The notes under the pieces were generated by a model. It was given only the letters and a program-made list of their open reading frames with translations. It searched no databases and had not been told where the DNA came from. DNA of 64,000 nucleotides from Nemertoderma westbladi (lineage: Eukaryota > Animalia > Xenacoelomorpha), in assembly GCA_032718475.1 (NCBI GenBank), contig JAUCBJ010001932.1:2108-66107 (forward strand), written 5' to 3'. Positions 50,612 to 61,240 of the stretch are shown one piece after another. The position numbers and the translations under genes were made by a program. Numbering within the stretch: the stretch's first letter is position 1; each line of letters opens with the position of its first letter.

Positions 50612-52282
50612 TGGCAGCATGGGCCACGATTTCTGAGCGATAAGGAGGCCTGGCCGCCGATGAGAAAGGTGGACCCGGGCTCAGAAGTAGTGTCAGAGGG
50701 AGAAGAGGGAGATTCAGAGGGAGAAGAGATATACTCCCAGATGGTGAGGGAGATTAGGGACGTGCAACCAGGACGGGAACTGTGCGATAACCCGACGGAT
50801 AAACTCCTCAGCTACAGTTCTAGTTGGTATAAGACCAAGAAACTAGTGGCATACTGGAGAGCCTTCGGGAACTTCCTTGGGGGAGTTGGCAAGGACAAGA
50901 AGATCAGGACAACCATAGATCTGGAAGGAGCGGCCAAGGCAGTGATCCGCTATGAACAACGGAGGAACTATGGCGACGAGGTGGAACGCGTCGGTAACCA
51001 ACAGCACCTCCGACGGGACAGCGAGCTGATTACGCTGTCGCCATAACTCAATGACGACGGGATTCTAGTAATGAATTCTAGGGTGGGATACAACAACAGC
51101 ATAGTCGTACCACCGAAACCCATCATCATTCCTACAGGATCGCCAATAGTCCACCAGATCATATGGGACTCCCACAAATTGATATTGCACGGGGGCACCA
51201 ACCGAACCCTCACAGAGATAAGGAGGACCTATTGGGTCAAACAACTGAGGAAGAAGGTAAAAGCGGTAGTGGGGCAGTGCCAGACCTGCCGACGAGCGAA
51301 GAAGGAGCGAGCCGTACAGGAGATGGCGCCACTACCGGCGAGTAGGGTAAGACAGCACGACCCGCCATTTACGCATTGCGGTGTGGACATGTTCGGGCCG
51401 ATAAAGATCAAAGTGATGCGACACACGGAGAAACGCTATGGCATTATCTTCGTATGCAACAATACGCGGGCGGTAGGGATAGAACTCACCCAAGATGCAA
51501 CTGCATCAGCATTCATTAACGCCTTAGAAAGGTTTAGGGACCGCAAAGGTGGGACGATCGCAGTGATATACAGCGACAACGGCACCAACTTTGTGGGCGC
51601 AGAGAGTGAGATGGCAGAGGCCTTGGACATCTTGGAGGGGGAAGAAGTCAGGGCAGCCATGAGACGACGACAAGTAAAGTGGGAGAGAAGGACGCCGTAT
51701 GCACCACATACACTAGGATGCGTCGAGAGACTGGTGGGCAGTTCAAAGCGTCTAATGACGAAGCTGATGAACACCCTCATGGTCACTGAGGACGTCTTAC
51801 GGACAGTACTTGCGAAGTGCGAGGGGATCATTAATAGCAGACCGCTATATCCGGAGAATGATGACCCTGAGTCATTAGATGTGCTGACGCCTAGCCATTT
51901 CCTGATGGAAAGGCCAGCGACCATCGATATGCGGGGTGTAGACCCAGATGACATACACTCCCGCCAAAGTTGGAAAGTCGCAAAGGCAATAAGCGCAGAG
52001 TATTGGAGGAGGTGGGTCGAGGAATACCTACCCACACTCCATAAACGAAGCAAGTGGAGGAAGTCAAACAGGGAGTTAAGAGAGGGAGATCTCGTAATCG
52101 TTACGGATGATACTATCATCAACAACCAATGGCGGTTGGCGAGAGTTGTAGGCACCTACTCCGACGAGGACGGAAGAGTCCGATCGGTAGAAGTGCGGAT
52201 AGGTGGAAAGATAGGTGCGAAGGACAGAAAAACCTACAGGAGAGCTGTAGGCAAATGCTGTCTATTAGAAGGGGCACCTTAG
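50612..52282 (+). CDS. BEL/Pao integrase portion, same frame, with one more internal stop at 51044-51046
   Basis: H..LHGG..CQTC, GVDMFGP, SDNGTNFVG, GCVERLV, NSRPL, LTPSHFL, YWRRW..EYL, WRLARV. Confidence 0.93.
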
Positions 52283-52429
52283 AAGAGTTAGAGAAAAGTT
52301 TAGTCGTCCAAGTTTTGGACTGAGGGGGGTGGGATTGAGGGCGAGACGCCCTTCCCACAAACAAAATAGAAAATAAAATAAAATAAATAATAGTACATGC
52401 TAGGTACGCAGTTAGTAGGCAGAAGTTAG

Positions 52430-53050
52430 TTAAGAGGTACATAGTACCTGGTCAGTTAGTTAGTTAGAAGGTACGTAGTACCTAGTTAGTTAGAAGGTAC
52501 GTAGTACCTAGTTAGTTAGTTAGTTAGAAGGTACGTAGTACCTAGTTAGTTAGTTAGTTAGAAGGTACGTAGTACCTAGTTAGTTAGTTAGTTAGTTAGA
52601 AGGTATGTAGTACCTAGTTAGTTAGAGAGTTAGAAGGTACGTAGTACTTAGTTAGTTAGAGAGTTAGAAGGTACGTAGTACCTAGTTAGTTAGTTAGTTA
52701 GAAGGTACGTAGTACCTAGTTAGTTAGAGAGTTAGAGGGTACGTAGTACCGATAGTTAGTTAGAGAGTTAGAAGGTACGTAGTACCTAGTTAGTTAGTTA
52801 GTTAGAAGGTACGTAGTACCTAGTTAGTTAGAGAGTTAGAGGGTACGTAGTACCGATAGTTAGTTAGAGAGTTAGAGGGTACGTAAGTACCGCTAGTTAG
52901 TTAGAGAGTTAGAGGGTACGTAGTACCGATAGTTAGTTAGAGAGTTAGAGGGTACGTAGTACCGATAGTTAGTTAGAGAGTTAGAGGGTACGTAAGTACC
53001 ATTAGTTAGAAGAGTTAGAGTTAGAGGGTACGTAGTACCGTTAGTTAGAA
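52430..53050. repeat. Minisatellite (gtacgtagtacc + (tagt)n) between integrase and the extra ORF
   Basis: About 19 variable 25-41 bp units. Confidence 0.92.
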
Positions 53051-53476
53051 GAGAGAGAGTAAGAGGTAAAAGGGGATATAGATATAGATATTAGTTAGCA
53101 GTTAGTAGAGAGAGGGGGGCATATGAGTACAGCTGGGTAAGTCGTGTGGCCACACGACGCATACTGCTGCACTGCATAGACCCACAGAGTAGGCCAGAAT
53201 GTGGATTAGAGAATAGAATAATCCATAGGCAGTAGTAAGTAGTAGGACAGTAGAATCAAATTAAATAGATAAATAAATAGAATAGGGCTGAAAGTTGTAA
53301 AATAGTGGCAACACAAGGGAAGTTATTCTAGAACATAATAAGAAATTGTAAATTACGCTCATTTACTAGCTTCAAAATTAATTAGGAATAATTTAGGTTA
53401 AAAGGCGCAGTTAAGTACCTAAGGGACCTACGGGACGCCGTCGCTGGACAACGCGATCTTCCAACACTTCCACTAC

Positions 53477-55744
53477 GTGGTGAAAGGGGACGAGGCGAAG
53501 TTCGGGATTCCGAAGTACCCGAGGGAATCACCGAGGAAGGACTGGAAGAGATTCATAGAGTCCGTCAACAGAGGAGGATATATGATCCTAGATGATGAGG
53601 GAACCGTGGAAGACGAGGCGGGTTCGAGACGAGGAACTGCGGGGTCGGCCAGGACCATACTCCTACATTTGGCCGCGCCAAATGGGGACATCTTCTTATT
53701 CGACCTAGGGATGTATGGGAAGAAGGACGGGCCGAAATTAGACCGGTTACCGAAAGCGGTACAAGTCTTAGTAAGAGAGAAGTCGACGACGAAAGTGGGA
53801 TCGGCGATTCGCGAGGACACGGAGAGGATCATCGGTCCAGACGCCACCAACCTCCTGGATATGCAGAAAGTCTTTATGGCTATGACGGCACCGGATGGGT
53901 TGGGGGTAGTCGAAAACACAGGCCAATGCGGGGCGGTGGCAATGGGCCAATTATTGGGGCTCGTATGCCACAAACCGATGGACTGGGGGAAGTTTAGGGA
54001 AGAATACGGAGCAGAACTAGCGAACTCGCTAAAGTGGGGAGCGAGTCCGGGAAAGCAGGAGGTATATCAGTTCCGCAGGGGAGCGATAAAGGTATATCAG
54101 AAGCGATATATCCTGCAGGAGGACTGGATGATGATAAGTTTGCTTAACTTATTCATGACCGTGGTTATCGAGAGGGAACCAGGGGCATTTTTGTTATCGG
54201 GATCACCCCTAAGCTACAGGAGAGCCTTTGTGTACTATAACAGCCGACATCTGGTAGACGGGGAGACAGATACACCGTATCAGAGATGGGAGCAGCTAGA
54301 GACGGATAGACGAGAAGCAAAGCGACTGGAAGAAGTTGCTAGACGGGAGAGGATAGAAGCAGAGGAGAGGGAAGAGGAGGACAGGACACAGAGTTACGGC
54401 TTCGAGGAACAGGCAGGCCTAGACGAACTTCATTGGACTTCATCATGGAGTTCGGGGGAGTCTCTAGGGCGAGAATTGGGATGGACGGTGGGATCGCCGA
54501 AACAGTCGACGTCGGGGTTGCAAACGATGCCCATACCAGCGGGCGCCGAGGGCGACCAACCGCCAAGGAAGTTAAGGGAGCTGGAGGGATGGAGAGCTAC
54601 GGGCGAGAGCCAAGGCGGGAAGGGACATAGTGGATCCATCGGGATACCGGGGTTGGAGACACTGCCAGAAGAAGAGGAGGACGACGACGACGAGTTCGGA
54701 GAGATGCCGCCCATCGAGAGGATAGGCCACTCGGACACGGACTGGGTTGGCGGAAGGGTGGTGACGGCCAGTGGGGCGAAGGCCTTCTGGAACAGATCCG
54801 GCAAGCAGACCTGGGTGCACGAGGACCCGGCGATGTATTTCGCGGGGAGCACCATCAGGTTGGGCGAACAACCGGGGACGGCACCACGGGTAGTATTCGG
54901 GGAGACGATGCCCGAGAGGGGCGGAGAGATCGACGTAGATAGAGAGACCAACGTAGAGAAGTTCGCCTACCAGCGACTCCACAGACCGCGGAGATCGCTC
55001 GGGACGAAAGACGAGGTGGGACGGGAGACATTGGTACTCGGCTGCGACTACTGTGGGAGACAGACCCATCGGGAAAGCAGCTGCCTATACCGGTTCCAAA
55101 AGGGAACCTTTTGTCTCTACTGCAGAGAACCAAGCCACAGGATGGGGGCGTGTCCACGGTTGCACAACCGATGTCCAAAGTGCCACTTTCGGGGACACTA
55201 TGGACGCGAGTGCGACTGGATGAACGACGAGGAGAAGTTCACAAGATTCGAGGAGTGGGCCGACGTCGGGGCCATGACGCGCCAGCGCATGAAGGCCCAG
55301 GAGTTCAAGTGGGCTTTCTTCCTTATCAATCAGGAGACTCACATGGAAATCATAAAGCGGAGGCTACTGTTTACCTACCAAGAGGTAGCAACGGCGGCGT
55401 CGTACGCTGGAGTGATGAACACGCAAAGGTATTTGGACAGGTGGACGCCAGAGAACCGAAGGGAGTTTAGGGGTTTCTTGGCGGAGCACGTACCAAAGGC
55501 AATGAAAATGATCCTATGGGACGCCACCAGAGGGAGACAACCGGGCCACTCTGAGGGGCCACCGGCGAAGCGATATCGGGCACTAATAACACCAGCGCCC
55601 AAGGAGCCAACGACCGGGATCAGCAGGGAGGTGGCGGCGAAGGTCCGAAAGCAGAAAGCGGATGATGCCAGAGGAATGGTGATAACCAAGAAACGACCCA
55701 GGGAAGAGGACGCCAGGGGGAACTATCCCCAGAGGAACAGATAG
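53477..55744 (+). CDS. Extra ORF of BEL element 1: putative DEDDy 3'-5' exonuclease, coiled coil and three CCHC knuckles
   Basis: ILDDEG (ExoI), LLHLA..DIFLFDL, LPKAVQVLVREKSTTKVGSAIRED (ExoII), NLLDMQ, QKRYILQED (ExoIII-like); CX2CX4HX4C x3 at 55043-55213; uninterrupted 755 codons; first ATG at 53582. Confidence 0.75.
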   Translation: MVKGDEAKFGIPKYPRESPRKDWKRFIESVNRGGYMILDDEGTVEDEAGSRRGTAGSARTILLHLAAPNGDIFLFDLGMYGKKDGPKLDRLPKAVQVLVREKSTTKVGSAIREDTERIIGPDATNLLDMQKVFMAMTAPDGLGVVENTGQCGAVAMGQLLGLVCHKPMDWGKFREEYGAELANSLKWGASPGKQEVYQFRRGAIKVYQKRYILQEDWMMISLLNLFMTVVIEREPGAFLLSGSPLSYRRAFVYYNSRHLVDGETDTPYQRWEQLETDRREAKRLEEVARRERIEAEEREEEDRTQSYGFEEQAGLDELHWTSSWSSGESLGRELGWTVGSPKQSTSGLQTMPIPAGAEGDQPPRKLRELEGWRATGESQGGKGHSGSIGIPGLETLPEEEEDDDDEFGEMPPIERIGHSDTDWVGGRVVTASGAKAFWNRSGKQTWVHEDPAMYFAGSTIRLGEQPGTAPRVVFGETMPERGGEIDVDRETNVEKFAYQRLHRPRRSLGTKDEVGRETLVLGCDYCGRQTHRESSCLYRFQKGTFCLYCREPSHRMGACPRLHNRCPKCHFRGHYGRECDWMNDEEKFTRFEEWADVGAMTRQRMKAQEFKWAFFLINQETHMEIIKRRLLFTYQEVATAASYAGVMNTQRYLDRWTPENRREFRGFLAEHVPKAMKMILWDATRGRQPGHSEGPPAKRYRALITPAPKEPTTGISREVAAKVRKQKADDARGMVITKKRPREEDARGNYPQRNR

Positions 55745-56422
55745 GTTCCCAGAGTCGAGGGAGAGAGACTGGGACTTGGACCTGGTGCGCCTGGAAGGCG
55801 CCGCGTGGGACGTACGAACTATTAAGTACAAGTTTAATTAATGCAAATAATCATATAAGTGCAATTTGTATGTACGTATGTAGTAATTAGTAATCTACGA
55901 ATATATACGCTGGGAGTAAGTACTATAGTCATACAACCTTTCTCAATTAGCTACTGGGACTGTGGGACAACTGACTATGGCACTATGGACGAGACACCAG
56001 ACAATTTCACACTTCTTGAGTGCGACGGCACAAAAGGGGGGGGGGGGGGAGATTCGTCAGAAGGGATGAGGTAGTCAGAGTAGGGTTGAGGGACGGAGTA
56101 GTAGGTGCGGAGTGCGGAGAGAGTGCGGACGCAATTCTAGTGTGGGGGGGGGAGAATAAGAGGCTGAGTGAGGGACGAGGAGGTCCGAGTGTATGGGAGA
56201 GTTAGGATGAGAGTGAAGAAGAGATAGGGCGGAAGTGTTGGGGAAACAAAAGTTGCGTGAGAGGTGAACGCAACCGGCCCGACATGAGACGCCAGGCACA
56301 CAGGGTAGCGTTATCATACCCATAGGGGGCGGCCTGGAAAGCCGGCTCCGAGAGAAAAGAATTCCACCCCACACCCGATACTAGATCGGGATCCAGCGGG
56401 ATTGTAGCGCACTTTTTGGTTG

Positions 56423-56460
56423 ATGCTATCTTCTTACCGGGAAGATAGCATGGGGGGGAG
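56423..56460 (+). promoter_or_regulatory. 11-bp hairpin abutting the polypurine tract
   Basis: ATGCTATCTTC-ttaccgg-GAAGATAGCAT, then GGGGGGGAG, then the LTR. Confidence 0.8.
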
Positions 56461-56995
56461 TGTTAGCTTATTCAATCCCGCTAACACCCCATAAAGTTAT
56501 AAGCCGATAAGCAATATTGGGAGCCACGAGATTGGGTAATTAACCAACTCGTGGCATCCCAATAAGAATGGGAAGGAGAAGCACACAATGAGGGTCAGGG
56601 GCCAAACCCCTAACCCAGAGAGAATAGGTGGAGTGAACGGGAACACTCCAAAGGGCGCCAACAAGGGTATCAACCAATCAGAGGGGGGAAAGGCATCGAT
56701 TAGGTAGAGTAACAAGGCCAACCGTGCAATATAGCCACTTGGCAGTAATAATACCAATTCAGTTATCTCAGTGCAATACCGGTGCTAGATTAGGTTACAA
56801 TAGTTTTAGATAGGGAAGGACCGGGGCTTTAGTTACCGTATCCCGCCTTCCATATACGAAAATATTATATCTATATCTATATCTGCATATCATATTATAT
56901 ACGACAAACAGTACAAGCTCATTTACTCTTTATACACGGCGGGGACGCGTGAACTAAAACCGGATAAACCGGGATTCCTCTTGGATCCCGTCACA
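56461..56995 (+). repeat. 3' LTR of BEL element 1 (535 bp)
   Basis: Direct repeat of 43219-43759. Confidence 0.97.
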
Positions 56996-57000
56996 GTTTG

Positions 57001-57225
57001 TTTGTTTGTTTAATGAGCACAGCAACACCTCCTCGGTCTCCTACTTTACGGTCAGACAAACGCAGAAGGCGGAAACCTGGTACAGTTAAATTATACCCGT
57101 GCTTTACGTCAGGAATAAATTCAATATCATATAAAGAAAACAAGTTTATCAACATTACTGAGTAGGTAGTTCTTTTGTAATCCACAGACATTCCAAGATA
57201 GGACACTAATTTCTCAATTTCACAA
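57001..57225 (-). mobile_element. LINE APE endonuclease fragment
   Basis: LTVPGFRLLR....DRGGVAVLIK motif. Confidence 0.55.
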
Positions 57226-57790
57226 TTCGACTCTTCCGACCACCTCTTGGGCCGTGTATAAAAGCGACTATTCGACCCAGTGAACTGAGAGAAAGCCGCA
57301 AGTGGTCGGCTGTTCGGCTTAGATATATCATCATAGGTCTACAATAGACTATATGGAGGGTGGGTAAAAGTCGCAAAACTTTATTTGTAGACTATAGGTG
57401 ATCCGACTTTGCCGACCAATTCGACTCTTCCGACCACCCTTGTGCCTGTATATGATATATCTAAACTGACCAGCTGAACACTTGCTACTTACTCGCAGTT
57501 CACTGGGTCGAAGAGGCGTCTATTGTAGACCTATGATGATATATGTAATCCGAGCTGCCGACCACTTGCGACTTACCCTAAGTTTACTGGGTCGAATAGA
57601 GTTGCCTTATAGACGGCCCAAGAGGTGGTCGGAAGAGTCGATTTGGTCAGCAAAGTCGGCTCCACCTATAGTTTCTATATAAAGTTTTGCAACTTTTAGC
57701 GATCCTCATACAGTAGGGTCTATTGTAGGCCTATGATGGATGATATATGTAAGCCGAACTGCCGACCACTTGCGACTTACCCTCAATTCA
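57226..57790. repeat. Foldback of ~195-bp tandem units (two arms in opposite orientation)
   Basis: 57226-57350 is the reverse complement of ~57518-57643; the unit recurs at 57226/57419 and 57518/57718. Confidence 0.8.
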
Positions 57791-57825
57791 CACTATAGAA
57801 TTGTTAAAGATAATATGTTATAGAA

Positions 57826-58073
57826 AGAATTCTGATCTGGTCATCAACCGGGCAGACAAAGGCAACGCGGTCGTGGTTCAAAACAAATCGAATCATCTTG
57901 AGAAGATGAACGAGATCCTGAAGGACAAATCTAAACTCCTGCCACTAAAGGAGACACAGGAGGTACAATGTAATACATAATAGAGTAATACATAAGTAAT
58001 ACAGATTAGCACCCACAGGTACTCAACTAGCTCGACTATTTGGACTTCCAAAAATCCATAAATACGGTACTCC
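57826..58073 (+). pseudogene. Penelope RT fragment without the 480-bp insert
   Basis: NSDLVINRADKGNAVVVQNKSNHLEKM...ARLFGLPKIHKYGTP. Confidence 0.8.
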
Positions 58074-58299
58074 TTAACGTTTCCGAATATATCGTGACTC
58101 TTGAGGTTTTTAGCACAGACCAGCACTACTTTTCTGTCCACATCACCCATGCCAAATGGAAACAGTATTGGCCGTGGTATAATGAATGTCGGTCTGAATG
58201 ATGTCTGTGCGTTGGTTTGTCTGTAAGTCAGTCTGTGTCTGTCGGTTGGTCTGTCTGTGTACATCAAGACATAATAAATCACAGATGGCAAATATGTTT

Positions 58300-58890
58300 G
58301 ATATTGTTGTGTTCCTGAGTGGTGATTTCACCAACTGTAGCTAAAACATTCCATATTGGGGTTGTCATTGTTGTGTTCCTGAGTGGTGATTTCACCTACT
58401 GTAGATAAAACATTCCATATTGGGGTTGTCATTGTTGTGTTCCTGAGTGGTGATTTCACCTACTGTAGCTAAAACATTCCATATTGGGGTTTGATATTGT
58501 TGTGTTCCTGAGTGGTGATTTCATCTACTGTAGCTAAAACATTCCATATTGGGGTTTGATATTGTTGTGTTCCTGAGTGGTGATTTCACCTACTGTAGCT
58601 AAAACATTCCATATTGGGGTTGTCATTGTTGTGTTCCTGATGAGTGGTGATTTCACCTACTGTAGCTAAAACATTCCATATTGGGGTTGTCATTGTTGTG
58701 TTCCTGAGTGGTGATTTCACCTACTGTAGCTAAAACATTCCATATTGGGGTTGTCATTGTTGTGTTCCTGATATGAGTGGTGATTTCACCAACTGTAGCT
58801 AAAACATTCCATATTGGGGTTGTCATTGTTGTGTTCCTGAGTGGTGATTTCACCTACTGTAGCTGAAACATTCCATATTGGGGTTTTCAT
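58300..58890. repeat. 64/65-bp tandem array, about 9 copies
   Basis: Same unit as 14291-14945. Confidence 0.95.
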
Positions 58891-59292
58891 TGGCTGTGAT
58901 TCTTTTAATAATACTGTTTTATTGAGGAAGGCAATAAAACGCTCGTCGACTCTCATAGCTTCAGTAAATCACATCGTCACATGACATAAAGATAAATGGC
59001 GTGACTTAACTGTATGAATAATACAACTGTATTAGTATGCCTTCTCCGATATAACTCCATACGATTGGTAGTACAGTACAATAGAGTTGGTGAAAGTCAC
59101 AGATTGCAGCCTCGGATAGTAATTTACGACTATTGAAAAACTCAGACTCCTTCGAAGCGATATGATTACATTACCTACTACATTACCTATGCAGTTGGTT
59201 AGTTAAACACGCTCCACGTGTCTTACATAATATTCGCACATATGTTACATGCGTAGACCTACTGTATATACTGTACAGTAGGCCTACATACA

Positions 59293-60762
59293 TCTATCCC
59301 ATCATAGTAGACATGTACCGAACAACAAGAGTCCCACAAGAAATGAAAACAAATAAGTTGGTGCCAGTTCCCAAGAAGGGCAACCTAACACTCTATGGTT
59401 CTTTTCGGGGAATCTCATTGATCTCGATTGCTGCAAAGCTATACAATAGGATTCTATTAAATCGCATCAGGGATCCCATTGAGAGACTGCTCCGTGGAAA
59501 TCAGAATGGGTTCCGTAAAGGTCGTGGGACCATGGAGCCCATTTTGGCACTTAGAAGGATAATTGAAGAATTATCAAAAAAGAAAGACAGGCATCTGGCT
59601 GTTATCTTTGTTGACTTCTTCAAGGCCTTTGATTCAGTCTCTCGCTCACGTATGTTCAGCATACTTTCATTATATGGGATTCCTAATGAAATTATTGCAG
59701 CAATCAGATCAGTATACGATGGTTCGACAACATTTGTGTCTACTGTTGACGGTGACACAGAACCATTTGAAGTGTTATGGGGCGTCCTCCAAGGAGACAC
59801 ACTTGCACCATTCTTGTTTATTATTGTGGTTGACTATGTTCTACGCATGTCCTTAGATCATCATAATGATGATGGGGTGATGATAACTCCACCTACTGGC
59901 TCCAGAAGTCGAGGAAATCCTGCCAAGTACCTAACTGATCTAGACTTTGCTGATGACTTAGGAGTACTCTCAGAATCATTAGACGGAGCCCAACGGCTCC
60001 TCAGCTCATTAGAACATGCTGCTTCTAGTGTTGGTCTTTTTATTAACTCCAGAAAGACCAAAATTCTGACCGTTAACTTTGAAAGTCATCAGCAAGTCTC
60101 TGATCGGATGAGCATAAGCTCAAAGGATGGTATGCTTGAGCATGTGGACGACTTCTGTTACCTGGGATCATGGATCCGGAAGTCAGGTGAGAACCTTCGA
60201 ATACGTAAGGGAAAGGCATGGGCAGCCTTGAATAGGCTTTCCAGGATTTGGAAGTCACCGAGAATTAATCGGAAACTTAAGGTCCGATTATTTAGAGCAG
60301 CAGTAGTTCCAGTACTCCTCTACGGGAGTCCATGCTGGGCTCTAACTGCTGAGGACACCAAATCTCTGGATGGCACATTCACAAGAATGCTACGCCGGGT
60401 TCATTGTGTCAAGTACAATGCACACATCTCCAACCAGACACTATATAACATTGGAGGTGTCTCATTGGTTCCCCCAAGCTTGACACTAGAACAAAATCGC
60501 CTCCGCTTTGCAGGACATTGCTTTCGCCGTGAGGACCAGCCAGTGCATAATCTTGTACTTTGGCAGCCTCATGGAGTGAATAAGCATGGTGGACAGCCCA
60601 TGACTTTCTTGAGACGCATCTTAAAGGACACTGGCCTTAAAGATGCGGATGATCTAGCAATTGTCATGGGTGATAGGGAGTTGTGGCGGTGCAATTTTGT
60701 TGACAAGCCGGCACAGCATTCTTAAAAATGCAGCTGCAATGCAGCATGCCGATCCTAGTAGT
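59293..60762 (+). mobile_element. 5'-truncated young RTE-clade LINE of a second family
   Basis: 16-bp TSD AGTAGGCCTACATACA (59277-59292 and 60763-60778); (TAG)n tail; empty site visible near 15318. Confidence 0.95.
59313..60725 (+). CDS. RTE reverse transcriptase, C-terminal 470 aa, uninterrupted but 5'-truncated
   Basis: FRGISL, QNGFR, FVDFFKAFDS, GVLQGDTLAPFLF, FADD, YLGS, RLRFAGHC. Confidence 0.9.
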   Translation: MYRTTRVPQEMKTNKLVPVPKKGNLTLYGSFRGISLISIAAKLYNRILLNRIRDPIERLLRGNQNGFRKGRGTMEPILALRRIIEELSKKKDRHLAVIFVDFFKAFDSVSRSRMFSILSLYGIPNEIIAAIRSVYDGSTTFVSTVDGDTEPFEVLWGVLQGDTLAPFLFIIVVDYVLRMSLDHHNDDGVMITPPTGSRSRGNPAKYLTDLDFADDLGVLSESLDGAQRLLSSLEHAASSVGLFINSRKTKILTVNFESHQQVSDRMSISSKDGMLEHVDDFCYLGSWIRKSGENLRIRKGKAWAALNRLSRIWKSPRINRKLKVRLFRAAVVPVLLYGSPCWALTAEDTKSLDGTFTRMLRRVHCVKYNAHISNQTLYNIGGVSLVPPSLTLEQNRLRFAGHCFRREDQPVHNLVLWQPHGVNKHGGQPMTFLRRILKDTGLKDADDLAIVMGDRELWRCNFVDKPAQHS

Positions 60763-61240
60763 AGTAGGCCTACATACAGTACAGTTATTACTTCACTCAA
60801 CAGACTCACAAGTATCAGCTAGTTTTTGTGATTCTTGTATTTATTCTAGGATATTTTTTGTATTTGTATGATATCCCTTAATAAAAGCTATAATTTTAAT
60901 CAAACAAACGTTTTGATATTTTTACTAATTATTATATAAAATTTTAAGTCTAATTGATTTAGGGAAACGCAATGAGAATATATAAGTAACAGCAAGCGCG
61001 ATATTCTTTAACTTCAAATTAATATATTAAAGTACGTAAATACAGTGAAATAATATACATAAGTTCTAAACGTTTCACACAAAATCATCATCAGTAATAA
61101 TGTACAAAATTTAGCCTAAATGTTGCATACTGCTACTGCAAGGTTTGAATTTATAAGGTTGGCGCCAAAAAATACATAATAAAAAGACGGTTCTAAGCTA
61201 CTGTATAAATCGCCTAAAAAACTGTAAAAATATTTACTTA

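Larger units (their letters stand above)
43219..56995 (+). mobile_element. Full-length young BEL/Pao LTR retrotransposon, element 1 (13.8 kb), with extra ORF
   Basis: TG..CA LTRs; 5-bp TSD GTTTG (43214-43218 and 56996-57000); gag-PR-RT-RH-IN order with BEL-specific motifs; PPT at 56452-56460. Confidence 0.97.

Noticed and set aside
53477-55744. Extra ORF as an env gene
   Set aside because: No evident signal peptide or transmembrane anchor; has nuclease-like and CCHC motifs instead
43687-56374. Many antisense and alternative-frame ORFs over the BEL elements
   Set aside because: Shadows of purine-rich, GC-rich coding strands; no recognisable domains
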